Source: Acholeplasmataceae bacterium (GTDB taxonomy: Bacteria; Bacillota_I; Bacilli_A; Acholeplasmatales; Acholeplasmataceae). Taken from it: a DNA stretch of 40,642 bases. Below are positions 27,971 to 37,952 of this stretch, in pieces. The stretch lies in assembly GCA_035447465.1 (NCBI GenBank), contig DAOTHC010000001.1, positions 1 through 40,642 on the forward strand, given 5' to 3'. The number at the start of each line of letters is the position of its first letter. Within the stretch, counting starts at the first letter, position 1. The position numbers and the translations under genes were made by a program. The notes under the pieces were generated by a model. The model was not told the origin of the DNA. It did not search any database and saw only the letters and a list, made by a program, of their open reading frames with translations.

Positions 27971-28965
27971 CACTGATTTTCTTTATAAGATACGATCATC
28001 AGATCATAACGTTTCATGAAGTCTTCATCAACTCGTTGGTACTCCGGATGAGATAGATAGTATTTGACAGCTTTTTTAGCAACATCACGATAATCGATCG
28101 TTGATTGATAATGTGGTGCTACCTTTTTAATCTTTGAATTATCAAAGATGGCATCATGCATATTATCACCTAATAAGGGACCTTCAAGATCCGGGAAATG
28201 AGATAACACAACATCAGAAGGTATATAGATGATGTTAGGTCTTTTACCCACAGCTTCATATAAACTTAATGTGATCTCATCCCATGTATAAACATATTCT
28301 GATGTGAGATGATATGTTTCATTGTATGCGTTAGGATTGCCTAACACATCAACGAATGCTTCTGCAAAGTCTTCATGGTGTGTCAACGTCCATTTAGATT
28401 TTCCATTATCCACTAAAACAATGGGTAAATCATTGATCACACGATGAAGCAGTGTATATGGGTATGCCCAGTTGGGGATCTGAAAGATGAGTGCATGATC
28501 ATCATAGGTATGTGAAGGTCTCACAATGGTCACGTGAAATCTTGGATCATCGATCTCATGTAGATAAGCTTCACATGCTTCTTTTTCTCTGCCATATGCC
28601 CAGTATTTATTACCTAATGGACAATCTTCTGTCATCGGTAAAAATGGTGCTGGTTTTTGATAAGCCGCTGCTGTACTGATAAAGACATATTGATCCGTTT
28701 TTCCTTTAAAGAGCTCATAATCTCTTTTAAGATGATCAACTGAAAATCCTATCCATTCCACGACCACATCAAAATAAAGATCATGCAAAAGTTCTTTGAC
28801 GTGTTTCGTATCGTTAATATCAGCAATCATATGATGTACAGCTTCGGGAAGTTCATGAGGTCTTTGATTACGGTTTAATACATATAAATTAATCCCTCTT
28901 TCAACACATGTTTTGGTTGCTGCTGTTGAAATTAAACCTGTACCACCAATAAATAAGACATTCAT
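27970..28965 (-). CDS. NAD-dependent epimerase/dehydratase (extended/atypical SDR)
   Basis: GGTGLIS, 'YVFIST', YxxxK (YGREK), 'VRPSHTY'. Confidence 0.88.
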   Translation of the reverse strand: MNVLFIGGTGLISTAATKTCVERGINLYVLNRNQRPHELPEAVHHMIADINDTKHVKELLHDLYFDVVVEWIGFSVDHLKRDYELFKGKTDQYVFISTAAAYQKPAPFLPMTEDCPLGNKYWAYGREKEACEAYLHEIDDPRFHVTIVRPSHTYDDHALIFQIPNWAYPYTLLHRVINDLPIVLVDNGKSKWTLTHHEDFAEAFVDVLGNPNAYNETYHLTSEYVYTWDEITLSLYEAVGKRPNIIYIPSDVVLSHFPDLEGPLLGDNMHDAIFDNSKIKKVAPHYQSTIDYRDVAKKAVKYYLSHPEYQRVDEDFMKRYDLMIVSYKENQ

Positions 28966-28979
28966 GATTGACCTCCTTG

Positions 28980-29393
28980 TTAAGCGTTAAAGATGACTTC
29001 AACATTACCTTTAATTGCTTTTGAATATGGACAGAATCCATATGCTTTTTTAATATAAACTTGACGAATTTCTTCGCTCACGCCATCGATTTTCACATCG
29101 ACTAATAATTTAAAATAGAAACCTGTTTTTGGATTAGCAAGTAACTCTGTGGTTGCTTTAACAGATAAGTTATCGTATGCAACTTTTTCTGACAAGAGTA
29201 AGTATTCTAAAGAACTTGCAAAACATGCACTGTATCCTGCAGAGAATAATTCTTCAGGATTTGTACCTGTTTGGTTGTTTCCACCCATTTCCAAAGGTTT
29301 TGTCATCTTGAGCACGAGTTTAGAACTCATATCGGTAATGAGACCATCTCTACCACCTTTGGTGGTTGCTGATCTTTCAAGTATTTTTTTCAT
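28980..29393 (-). CDS. ohr: Organic hydroperoxide resistance protein (Ohr)
   Basis: GGRDG, TNPEELFSAGYSACF, CPYSKA (both catalytic Cys). Confidence 0.93.
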   Translation of the reverse strand: MKKILERSATTKGGRDGLITDMSSKLVLKMTKPLEMGGNNQTGTNPEELFSAGYSACFASSLEYLLLSEKVAYDNLSVKATTELLANPKTGFYFKLLVDVKIDGVSEEIRQVYIKKAYGFCPYSKAIKGNVEVIFNA

Positions 29394-29471
29394 GTAAACC
29401 ATCCTTTCTTATAGTTCTATTTTATCACATTTAAGAAAGGTAGTGGGGTTAGACACATTAGATGAATACGT

Positions 29472-29726
29472 TCAAGATTTATTTGTCATGTACCTCGTGA
29501 TGCGTAACGCAAATAAGATAATCACACCAAAAAAGCCAATGACACCAGGTATAAAAATGACTTCGATACTTCTTTCGTTTAACCAAGCTCCATCAAAAAT
29601 GAGCATTATAAAAATGAATACAGCAAGTAAAATACAAAATAAACCACCAATAAATGCTAAGAGTTCTATTAAGAAGTTAAAGTGATCTTCGAACCAGTTG
29701 AGCATCTGATTAATTTTCTTTTTCAT
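29472..29726 (-). CDS. Small hypothetical membrane protein (2 TM)
   Basis: GGAGGT RBS before ATG 29726; two hydrophobic helices. Confidence 0.65.
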   Translation of the reverse strand: MKKKINQMLNWFEDHFNFLIELLAFIGGLFCILLAVFIFIMLIFDGAWLNERSIEVIFIPGVIGFFGVIILFALRITRYMTNKS

Positions 29727-29802
29727 GTGATATACCTCCAGGTTCATTATATCAAGAATACATAAGAACCGACGTTATGTTCGGTTTTTCATCATCTAAA
29801 AG

Positions 29803-29826
29803 AAAAAGCTCAAAAATTGAGCTTTT
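29803..29826 (-). terminator. Terminator after the large lipoprotein gene
   Basis: AAAAGCTCAA-AAA-TTGAGCTTTT at the stop codon. Confidence 0.7.
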
Positions 29827-32677
29827 ACATAAAACGATGTGTAAATTGAATGGAAGCTTGTGATAACTGATCTTGTCGAACGATAATTTCAATTGAGCGA
29901 TTACCAAATCCATAATTAACGCCTGGAACCAACTCATTGTCTATATAGCCATAGCTATACGTGTTAAATAAAACATCACCGGATACTTTAATAAATTCAT
30001 TATCTTCTAATTTGAAGTTGAATAAAAAGATTTCATGAGGAAAATCAAATGTTAGGTTTAAACTTAATGGCAATGAAGATACATCTTGATTGATGGCTGG
30101 TTTAGTGCTAACACCATGATTATGATACTCAAGTTTAAACGTTGTATCTTCATAGTTATCAAATATGATCTGATAATGCCCTGCCATAAGCGTAAATGCT
30201 GCTTTTTCGATGTTGCCTAGGATTTGTGTCCCGGCATTATCTAAGATTTTAAGAGCATAGGGAACATCAGTGATAAGTTCAATCAGTGTCGGTTCTGTGA
30301 GATCAATTTCAAATATTTGTGGAATCCCTTTGATGTAATAACCTTGATGAATAAAATCTGCTTCTACTAATGTTTTAGGTTCTGTTAATGCTTTATTAAC
30401 ATTTAACTGATAACTCGTATAATAATTGGAATAAGGAATAGATACCGTGATCTCATAAACACCAGGAGTTTCTATTGGCATGGTTTGTGTCACACCTAAT
30501 TCATCTTTGATTGTGATCACAACATTCGCAGTAGCATTGATCATAAATGCACCTTCAACATGTGTATATTGAAAGACATCCTGTGGATAATGAGTTGATG
30601 CTACAAAGACTTCATCTATTACACTATTTAAGTTATAAGGACTGCTTGCAGATGCACCATAAGCATCATCATCAACCTTTTCAATCATGATGGTTCCTGA
30701 TGCATGGATTGCTACAGTGAATGGCTCTAATGCATCAACAACATAATACTCATCAAGTCGTTCTCTTTCACCGAAATAAGTTGCATCCAATATACTAATA
30801 AATGGCTCTTTTGGATTATCTGGAATAAATACGACATGATAACCTTGAGGAACTGGTTCTGTCAGTTCAATCGTTCGATAGACAAAGACAGAAGGGATAT
30901 CGACGTGATAGGATTCACCATCATTAATTTCAAGCGGTGTTGAGCCTATATCATCGATCTTGTTAAGTGTGATGTCATAGCCTTGCTTGTAATAAGTATC
31001 ATGAACACCTTTTAAGTAGAGTGTCATCGGTTCATCGATTTTGAACGCAAAGCGATCATCTCTATAACTATAACGATAGATGGTCGTATCAAAAGGTAAG
31101 CCGTGTTCATCAAGTAAACTGAAATCAACCCGATAGGGTGTATGTTGTATTTCATAGCTTCCTGCTTCGAGTTCTAAAAGATAGTAATTTTCATAAGGAA
31201 CTTGCTCATAAGTTAAACTGTAAGTTTCACCAAAGGCCATTGGTATTATGGCTGCTTCGATATTGGTTGCAGCATCTTGTGTTAGATCTGAAAAGTCAAT
31301 TTCAAATAGATCCTCATAAGTAAAGGTAACAGTTCCTAAGTTTTCAAATCTTTCATTGTATAAAACATAACCTACTGATTCATCTGTAATAACAACCTCT
31401 ATATAAAGATAACCCATGAGTTGTGCCTTAATATACTTTAAGTCGTACGGATGAACAAATAGGAATTGATCATTAAAGAATGTGTTAGGTGAGACTTTGA
31501 TCAAAAAATGATCACCTTCGATTTTCGTTATTTGATACTCATAACTTAAGTGAGACACGATATCATAATCTGGATACGGTGCTGATAAGTATGTTCCCAA
31601 TACAAAATCTTCGTCAATGACTAGACCAATATTTGATGTTTGATAATCTTTCAATAAATAAGATTGTGCGTCACCTATTGCAAATAGATCATCACCATAA
31701 ACTGCGTAAGGGTGCATGATGTCCATTGGATAATTCTTATAGTATTCTATGATATTATAGTTTTCATCAAAATTGAGTCTAGCAGCATCTAGTGCTTGAG
31801 TTAACTCATCTTTGAAAGTCTCTGAATTTGAGTAATCATAATTTCGATGAGGATAAATTGTATATATAGGATTTTGTTTATCTGTTTGATGTGAAAACAT
31901 GATGTACTCATCACCATAAGATGCAATATCCTCATGTTCAAAATAAACTAAATAGCCATCATCATCCATTAGAAAGAGCATGTCATGATTATCAAAAACA
32001 ACCAAAATCATGTGTTCAGTAGCTATATAGGTCCCAAAAAGCGTTTCAGCTAAGCCGTTTTTTGGAGATATAGAAATGGTGACATCATTTTCGATTGTAA
32101 AATCTAATGTAAACTCATGATACATGGCATAATTATAATCAATGACATATTGATATGGTGGCAAACTTGCAAGTTCTGAACCAATGACCTCTTCAATCAT
32201 GTAGTATCCATCATATGTTGTAAGATGAGGATCTAAATCTTTATCTTTTGCTAATAAGGCATAATAAGTTCCTTGGTTATTCCTTGGCATAAAGACTTCA
32301 ACGATTCCTTTTTCAATGTCAATGTAAAAAGTTCTGATGTCGTCTGCGATTGAAAATAAATCTTCAGCAATATCAATCTGATATGTACGTGTGCTTGAAC
32401 CACTACCAAGATGATATGTTTCAACTAATTCATTACCCGTAATCGTCATTTCGTATGAGATGAATGGTTCTTCAACTTTCATATCTTTTGTTCGATTGAC
32501 ACTTGTATCAGATGACATGATTAAGTAATATGTACCATCAAGTGTTGTGTAGTCAAATGAAGGTGGTGGGGTTTCAATGGTTGGTTCTTCTGTTTCGATA
32601 GGTTTTTGTGTTTGTTGACATCCACCTAATAGGAATAGGGTAAATAATAAAATAAATAGTATTCTAAATTTTTTCAT
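29825..32677 (-). CDS. Large acidic, beta-rich surface lipoprotein of unknown function (950 aa)
   Basis: MKKFR + hydrophobic stretch + LLGGC lipobox, Pro/Thr linker, Tyr/Asp/Glu-rich beta-type repeats; AAGGAG RBS. Confidence 0.8.
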   Translation of the reverse strand: MKKFRILFILLFTLFLLGGCQQTQKPIETEEPTIETPPPSFDYTTLDGTYYLIMSSDTSVNRTKDMKVEEPFISYEMTITGNELVETYHLGSGSSTRTYQIDIAEDLFSIADDIRTFYIDIEKGIVEVFMPRNNQGTYYALLAKDKDLDPHLTTYDGYYMIEEVIGSELASLPPYQYVIDYNYAMYHEFTLDFTIENDVTISISPKNGLAETLFGTYIATEHMILVVFDNHDMLFLMDDDGYLVYFEHEDIASYGDEYIMFSHQTDKQNPIYTIYPHRNYDYSNSETFKDELTQALDAARLNFDENYNIIEYYKNYPMDIMHPYAVYGDDLFAIGDAQSYLLKDYQTSNIGLVIDEDFVLGTYLSAPYPDYDIVSHLSYEYQITKIEGDHFLIKVSPNTFFNDQFLFVHPYDLKYIKAQLMGYLYIEVVITDESVGYVLYNERFENLGTVTFTYEDLFEIDFSDLTQDAATNIEAAIIPMAFGETYSLTYEQVPYENYYLLELEAGSYEIQHTPYRVDFSLLDEHGLPFDTTIYRYSYRDDRFAFKIDEPMTLYLKGVHDTYYKQGYDITLNKIDDIGSTPLEINDGESYHVDIPSVFVYRTIELTEPVPQGYHVVFIPDNPKEPFISILDATYFGERERLDEYYVVDALEPFTVAIHASGTIMIEKVDDDAYGASASSPYNLNSVIDEVFVASTHYPQDVFQYTHVEGAFMINATANVVITIKDELGVTQTMPIETPGVYEITVSIPYSNYYTSYQLNVNKALTEPKTLVEADFIHQGYYIKGIPQIFEIDLTEPTLIELITDVPYALKILDNAGTQILGNIEKAAFTLMAGHYQIIFDNYEDTTFKLEYHNHGVSTKPAINQDVSSLPLSLNLTFDFPHEIFLFNFKLEDNEFIKVSGDVLFNTYSYGYIDNELVPGVNYGFGNRSIEIIVRQDQLSQASIQFTHRFM

Positions 32678-32728
32678 AATGTCATATTCTCCTTGTTGTT
32701 CATCATAATCAAAGTGATAGAAGTGTTG

Positions 32729-34000
32729 TTACTTCATTGATTCTACAATACGTGTATATTCACGAAGTGCGTACATGCCATCATGTGATTCACCAACCAA
32801 CATGCGTGACATGTCTTCAGGTTTTGTTACTCTAACAAGACCCGCTTGTGCTAGTTTTTCAATCAATTCTGCCTTCTCATCACTACGACACATTAAACCT
32901 ACTGTTTGCAAATGATTCTTATGAGGTTTCAATGTTTTAATGATATCTTTTCTTGGTAATCGTTTGACCCATACGTTTCTGAACATCATCGATAATTCAA
33001 GGTTTGAATCATCTGATGTCATTACACTTAATCCTTGATCAGACCATATTTTTTTACCCGACTGATGGAGTTCTAGTTTTTCATAGTAATGCTGAATTGT
33101 ATTTTTACCACGCATGCCTATAGAAACGGGTTTATGTTTTTTATTGACATCAATTAGAATATCGTAAAACCGCTTTGCAAAGGCATCTAATACATGTCTA
33201 TCTTCTGTATCTACATAAATACCTTGACATGAAGAGCATAATACCTGATCGGTTGATGCGACATGATGAGCTAAACCTATTAGGTCTTCATCAGTTGCAT
33301 CTAAAGTTGCATAAGCAAATGATAATTTATGTCCCCAAGGAATAATCTTGGTTGTCACTGATGCCATCTTACGTGCAGCTTCAACAGCGAGATCTCCACC
33401 CCAAACAACAATACCATCAGCGATATCTGCAAATATCTTTAACGTATCAACTTCGGTTGAAGGCACATCAAAGACGTAGATATAATTTTTCAATTTAGGT
33501 TCGATTTCAATCAGTTCAGATAACAATCTAACTGATACACCTCGATCTCCTGAAGGTAACTTTAAGATATTAATATTCCCTACTAATAATCCTTCAATCA
33601 CACTATATGCAGGTAGAACATCAACATTACCTGCTGCAATATGAAATAGAATTCCTAAAGGGTATATTTGTCGTTGATTATGATCGTTTAAATCACTTAA
33701 GCTTTCAAAATCAGCACCTAATTCAATGCTCACTTTCTTAAGTAACGATGCCTTTTCAAACATCGGAATAGATTTAACAAAATAATCATAGGGTATATCA
33801 AACTCTTGAAGCAGTGGAACAATCAAATCATCAAACGCATGAGATTTCACTTTTTGAGCAAGCTGATCACATGCATTGATTACATCCATTGTTTTTAACT
33901 GTTCATGATCATTCAGTGTTTGATAACAATCATCTCTTAATGTATTCAATACCTCTAATTGTTTTTCATTACCTAGGATATTGCCTTGATATAGTATCAT
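32729..34000 (-). CDS. luxC: LuxC-family acyl-CoA/acyl-protein reductase
   Basis: 'PLGILFHIAAGNV', 'GNINILKLPS', 'WGG..AV', 'WGHKLSF', catalytic 'DQVLCSSCQ', 'ESHDG'. Confidence 0.9.
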   Translation of the reverse strand: MILYQGNILGNEKQLEVLNTLRDDCYQTLNDHEQLKTMDVINACDQLAQKVKSHAFDDLIVPLLQEFDIPYDYFVKSIPMFEKASLLKKVSIELGADFESLSDLNDHNQRQIYPLGILFHIAAGNVDVLPAYSVIEGLLVGNINILKLPSGDRGVSVRLLSELIEIEPKLKNYIYVFDVPSTEVDTLKIFADIADGIVVWGGDLAVEAARKMASVTTKIIPWGHKLSFAYATLDATDEDLIGLAHHVASTDQVLCSSCQGIYVDTEDRHVLDAFAKRFYDILIDVNKKHKPVSIGMRGKNTIQHYYEKLELHQSGKKIWSDQGLSVMTSDDSNLELSMMFRNVWVKRLPRKDIIKTLKPHKNHLQTVGLMCRSDEKAELIEKLAQAGLVRVTKPEDMSRMLVGESHDGMYALREYTRIVESMK

Positions 34001-34009
34001 GATATCCTC

Positions 34010-35125
34010 CTACTTCTTTAACATGTCTTCTGCACCTGCAGCACATGTTTGTATATCTTTTATACCGACTCTACCAATGATCTCTAGCCATGGTGATGAT
34101 TCACCACAAGGACATCCCTCATCATGTAGAATACCTAAATCATCGGTCATAACAGATAAGAGTGGGGTTGCGTCTACCATGGGTGTTAATAGATTGACTA
34201 ATCCTATCTGTCCATGAGGGACTGGTTTTAATGTATCAACATCTCTGATGATGACTCTTGCATACGCAGGCACATGAAAGTGATGGTATCTACAATCTGT
34301 GTATAAAACAGGATGTTCAACAGCTCCAAAAAATTCTACACAATCTTTTTCATCAACACCCAAGACATCTTTAACTAACTTATAAAAATCTTGCTTATCT
34401 ACTTTTTCAGCATAAAACTGTTTCCATCCACCACCAACAGTAATCTTAGATCCTTTAGACAGTTGTAATTTAATACCTTCAGCTTTCATATCTTTTAATA
34501 AAAAGTATGTATATGCTGGAAAACCGATTGTTCTAACAGGTGTCTTTTTCTTTGATGCTATAATGAATGCTTGTTTAATGGACTCCAAGTCGACTTGATA
34601 GCCATCTTTGGTATATCTAATCGCATAATATCTTTTCTTTGCAGGAGCAACATAAGTAAACCCATAAGCTGTTTTAGCAATACCAGCTTGATTATGTCTT
34701 TGAGGTTCATATCCAAAAATGATATAAGTTACAGGTCTAATTGACCAAAGCTTATGATACTTAAATAATCTGATAATCATCATGAACCCACGCCATAATG
34801 AACTGATATCCATACCAATTTTACTTCTGATACCTGATGTTCCTGACGAGGTTGCTTTAATAGGCATCTTTCTTAAAGGCATAGAAAACATTTCATGATG
34901 TTTAAAATAGAGCGTTGGGATAAAGGGAAGATCTTCTAAATCCTTCATTGTATCAATCTGATAAGGGTTAAACTGTGCTTCATCAAGAATTCTCTTATAG
35001 TCCTCACAATGTGTATAGTGAAAAATAGCATTCTCTCTCATCGCTTTGACGAAAAAAAACTCCGACTTTTCTAAATCGTAAGGTTTTCTGGTATTGAATA
35101 ACTTTCTAACATATCGTCTTTTCAT
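34010..35125 (-). CDS. luxE: LuxE-family acyl-protein synthetase
   Basis: 'LPFIPT..FK', 'TSSGTSG', 'GGGWK', 'FGAVEH', 'TDDLG', 'IIGR....IQTCA' (C-terminal acylated Cys). Confidence 0.9.
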   Translation of the reverse strand: MKRRYVRKLFNTRKPYDLEKSEFFFVKAMRENAIFHYTHCEDYKRILDEAQFNPYQIDTMKDLEDLPFIPTLYFKHHEMFSMPLRKMPIKATSSGTSGIRSKIGMDISSLWRGFMMIIRLFKYHKLWSIRPVTYIIFGYEPQRHNQAGIAKTAYGFTYVAPAKKRYYAIRYTKDGYQVDLESIKQAFIIASKKKTPVRTIGFPAYTYFLLKDMKAEGIKLQLSKGSKITVGGGWKQFYAEKVDKQDFYKLVKDVLGVDEKDCVEFFGAVEHPVLYTDCRYHHFHVPAYARVIIRDVDTLKPVPHGQIGLVNLLTPMVDATPLLSVMTDDLGILHDEGCPCGESSPWLEIIGRVGIKDIQTCAAGAEDMLKK

Positions 35126-35271
35126 GTGATTCCCCCAAGTCGTTGTTAGTATGATTATAGCATAAAATCTTCTCTTTTAACTTAAGAATTATGCGTTATT
35201 ATAGACTTTTATGTGCTTTTGTAATAAGATGAAACTACAATTATATAGGACACAAAATTATAGATATCGAG

Positions 35272-36921
35272 GTGTTCACGGTGGGGAAATACCAAAACAA
35301 ATGGTGGGCAAGATCTCTTTATGAAGATATCGCACAATTAAAAAAGCGTCCTTTTATGATGCTTCTCATTATGATTGCACTTCCTGCGATATATTTCACG
35401 GTTTACTATACAGGCGGCATTAAATACGTCTATTCACATTCCATGTACATCCCAATTATTTTAGCAGGCATATACTATGGTCCAACATTTGGAGCCCTCA
35501 TTGGTATGTGTGCTGCTTTTTTATTAGGTCCCATCATGCCTTTAGAGACATCAACGATGGAAATGCAAGAACCGATTAATTGGATTTACCGTATGATTAT
35601 CTTTGACTTAGTTGGCATCATCATCGGTTATGCTTCTGCCAAACTGAGACGCGATGCTAAGCATATTAAAGATTTAATGTCCGTTAATCAAGAAACAGGT
35701 ATTCCAAATGTGAATCGAATTAAAGATGTCGCAAACTGTTATGGTGATCGTGCTCTATCTATATATACCATTCTCATTAGCAATCATCATAACATCATCG
35801 ATTTATTAGGAACTGATATTTACCATTTACTCATCTTTGATATTTATAAAGATTTAAAAGAACAATTGCCAAAAGATGTACTTGTCATACAGTCTGACAG
35901 CAATAAATTATGGATCGTGTTACCAGAAATTGATACGGAGTTTTATGCTAAAAAAATCGTAAGTATTTTAAACAAACCTTATACCATTAAAGACATTCCT
36001 CTTTACGCTGATTTTTCTATTGGTGGTTCTCTCTTCTATCATATGGGAGATAATTGTGATTTAACATCATTTGAAGATTCTGATATTTCTGCTAGACATG
36101 CCCAACTCAATAATCTAACCTATGTAATTGGTGATAAAGATAAACAAAAAAAGCGTTCTGAATATGATTTACTCGCACGTTTCAATAAAGCTTTAAACAG
36201 TAGTGAAACCTATTTAGTCTATCAACCTAAGATAGATCTAGATACGATGAAACCTTATGGCTTTGAATCCCTGATGCGATGGAGACACCCCGAAAAAGGA
36301 CTTATTCCACCTGACGTATTTATTTCTTTAGTCGAAGAAACAAAATTAATACATCAACTAACTGATTGGGTTTTAATTGAAACACTTAAGAAAATCAAAG
36401 AAATGATGGCATTGGGTCATGAATATCCTTTCTCTATAAATATTTCAGGAAAGAACTTATACGATCCTCAATTCTTTGAAAGAACGATGAAGATCATTGA
36501 AGATTCAAAAGTACCTAGTCACTTAATCGAATTTGAACTAACTGAATCGACGCTGATGATCAATCCTGAAGAAAGCAAGAAAACATTGAAACGGTTTGTT
36601 GATTTTGGTATTAAAATTTCACTTGATGATTTTGGTTCTGGTTATTCTTCGTTAGCTTATTTAGCTCAATTTCCTATTCACTACATCAAGATTGATCGTT
36701 TTTTCATACAAAACATCATGAAAGATCAAGCCATGTCAGAAATTGTGAAATCAACAATAGCTCTATCGAAAACATTAGGATATAAAGTTGTTGTAGAAGG
36801 TGTTGAATCTAAAGATGTCGTCGAATTATTAAAAGAATATACGTGTGAATACGCACAGGGGTATTATTTCGCAAAACCGATGTTATCTTCTGATATCTCT
36901 GATTGGCTTAAGAAATATTAA
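35272..36921 (+). CDS. Membrane-bound c-di-GMP phosphodiesterase (TM sensor, degenerate GGDEF, EAL)
   Basis: About 4 TM; GGDEF replaced by DSNKL; YQPK, ESL(EAL), INIS, ELTE, DDFGSGYSS, KIDR, EGVE, QGYY. Start at GTG 35272 or 35281. Confidence 0.9.
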   Translation: MFTVGKYQNKWWARSLYEDIAQLKKRPFMMLLIMIALPAIYFTVYYTGGIKYVYSHSMYIPIILAGIYYGPTFGALIGMCAAFLLGPIMPLETSTMEMQEPINWIYRMIIFDLVGIIIGYASAKLRRDAKHIKDLMSVNQETGIPNVNRIKDVANCYGDRALSIYTILISNHHNIIDLLGTDIYHLLIFDIYKDLKEQLPKDVLVIQSDSNKLWIVLPEIDTEFYAKKIVSILNKPYTIKDIPLYADFSIGGSLFYHMGDNCDLTSFEDSDISARHAQLNNLTYVIGDKDKQKKRSEYDLLARFNKALNSSETYLVYQPKIDLDTMKPYGFESLMRWRHPEKGLIPPDVFISLVEETKLIHQLTDWVLIETLKKIKEMMALGHEYPFSINISGKNLYDPQFFERTMKIIEDSKVPSHLIEFELTESTLMINPEESKKTLKRFVDFGIKISLDDFGSGYSSLAYLAQFPIHYIKIDRFFIQNIMKDQAMSEIVKSTIALSKTLGYKVVVEGVESKDVVELLKEYTCEYAQGYYFAKPMLSSDISDWLKKY

Positions 36922-36953
36922 AAAATAATGAGCACAGATAAGTCTGTGCTCAT
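36921..36953. terminator. Terminator between the convergent EAL and psuG genes
   Basis: ATGAGCACAGA-TAAG-TCTGTGCTCAT 11-bp stem. Confidence 0.8.
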
Positions 36954-36957
36954 ATGT

Positions 36958-37887
36958 TTAGATAAGTGTGTGTTTGCATCCCTCAAAGAGATGATATGCA
37001 ATCTTTGAAGCAAGTCTAGCGTTATTATAGACTAACTCAATATTGGATTTAAGAGAATCACCACCGGTGATCTCTTTTATTTTTGATAAGAGAAAGGGTG
37101 TTACTTCTTGACCTTTGATATCTTTTTCTTTAGCTTCCTGAAGGGCTTTTTCTATAGCTTGGTCAATGATGTTATGATCCATACTATAAGCATCAGGAAT
37201 AGGATTTGCAACAACCACCCCACCTGATAAGCCTAATCCCCATTTAGTCTTAATGAGTTCTGCAATTTCTTTTGGAGTATCTAAACGATAATTGACGTTA
37301 TATTTGCTATCCTTTGAATAGAAAGCAGGTAATGAATCTGTTTGATAACCAATCACTTCAACACCTTTGGTTTCTAAGTATTCTAAAGTTAAACCTAAGT
37401 CTAGAATAGATTTAGCTCCTGCGCATACAATAGCGATATGAAGATGTGAGATTTCTTCTAAGTCTCTTGAGATATCAAACGTTTCTTGAGCACCACGATG
37501 CACCCCACCAATACCTCCAGTAGCAAACACTTTGATGCCTACTAAATGAGAGATGAGAGCAGTTCCTGAAACCGTGGTTGCTCCTGTCTTTTTTTGTGAT
37601 AAGACGTAGCCAAAATCACGTTTGCCCACTTTATAGACATCTTTGGCTTGAGCTAGATACGTAATGTCATCATGAGAAAGACCTACCTTGATCATGCCAT
37701 CAATAATAGCAATCGTTGCAGGTACTGCACCTTCTTCACGAATAATCTTTTCGACTTCTAACGCCATCTTAACATTTTCTGGATATGGCATACCATGAGA
37801 AATAATGGTTGATTCTAAAGCTACAACAGGTCTTTTTTCATAGAGTGCTTGTTTAACTTCATGAGATATCTCAATATACTGATTCAT
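36958..37887 (-). CDS. psuG: Pseudouridine-5'-phosphate glycosidase
   Basis: VALESTIISHGMPYP, GATTVS, FATGGIGGVHRG, CAGAKSILD, TLEYLET, TPFLL. Confidence 0.96.
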   Translation of the reverse strand: MNQYIEISHEVKQALYEKRPVVALESTIISHGMPYPENVKMALEVEKIIREEGAVPATIAIIDGMIKVGLSHDDITYLAQAKDVYKVGKRDFGYVLSQKKTGATTVSGTALISHLVGIKVFATGGIGGVHRGAQETFDISRDLEEISHLHIAIVCAGAKSILDLGLTLEYLETKGVEVIGYQTDSLPAFYSKDSKYNVNYRLDTPKEIAELIKTKWGLGLSGGVVVANPIPDAYSMDHNIIDQAIEKALQEAKEKDIKGQEVTPFLLSKIKEITGGDSLKSNIELVYNNARLASKIAYHLFEGCKHTLI

Positions 37888-37952
37888 AGGTTTAACTCCT
37901 TTTCAGTTTGATTCATTTGTATACTCATACTGCAACCTTAAGTTGCATGTTC

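Noticed and set aside
29472-29726. Type I toxin-antitoxin interpretation of the small membrane protein
   Set aside because: At 84 aa with two TM helices it is atypical for type I toxins; no long structured UTR and no direct evidence for an antitoxin RNA
32729-35125. Bioluminescence (lux) operon
   Set aside because: No luxA/luxB luciferase, luxD or luxG in the window; luxCE homologs are widespread in non-luminous bacteria
35126-35271. Possible c-di-GMP riboswitch between luxE and the EAL gene
   Set aside because: No GEMM-like conserved stems or terminator; only AT-rich divergent promoter elements such as TGCTATAAT
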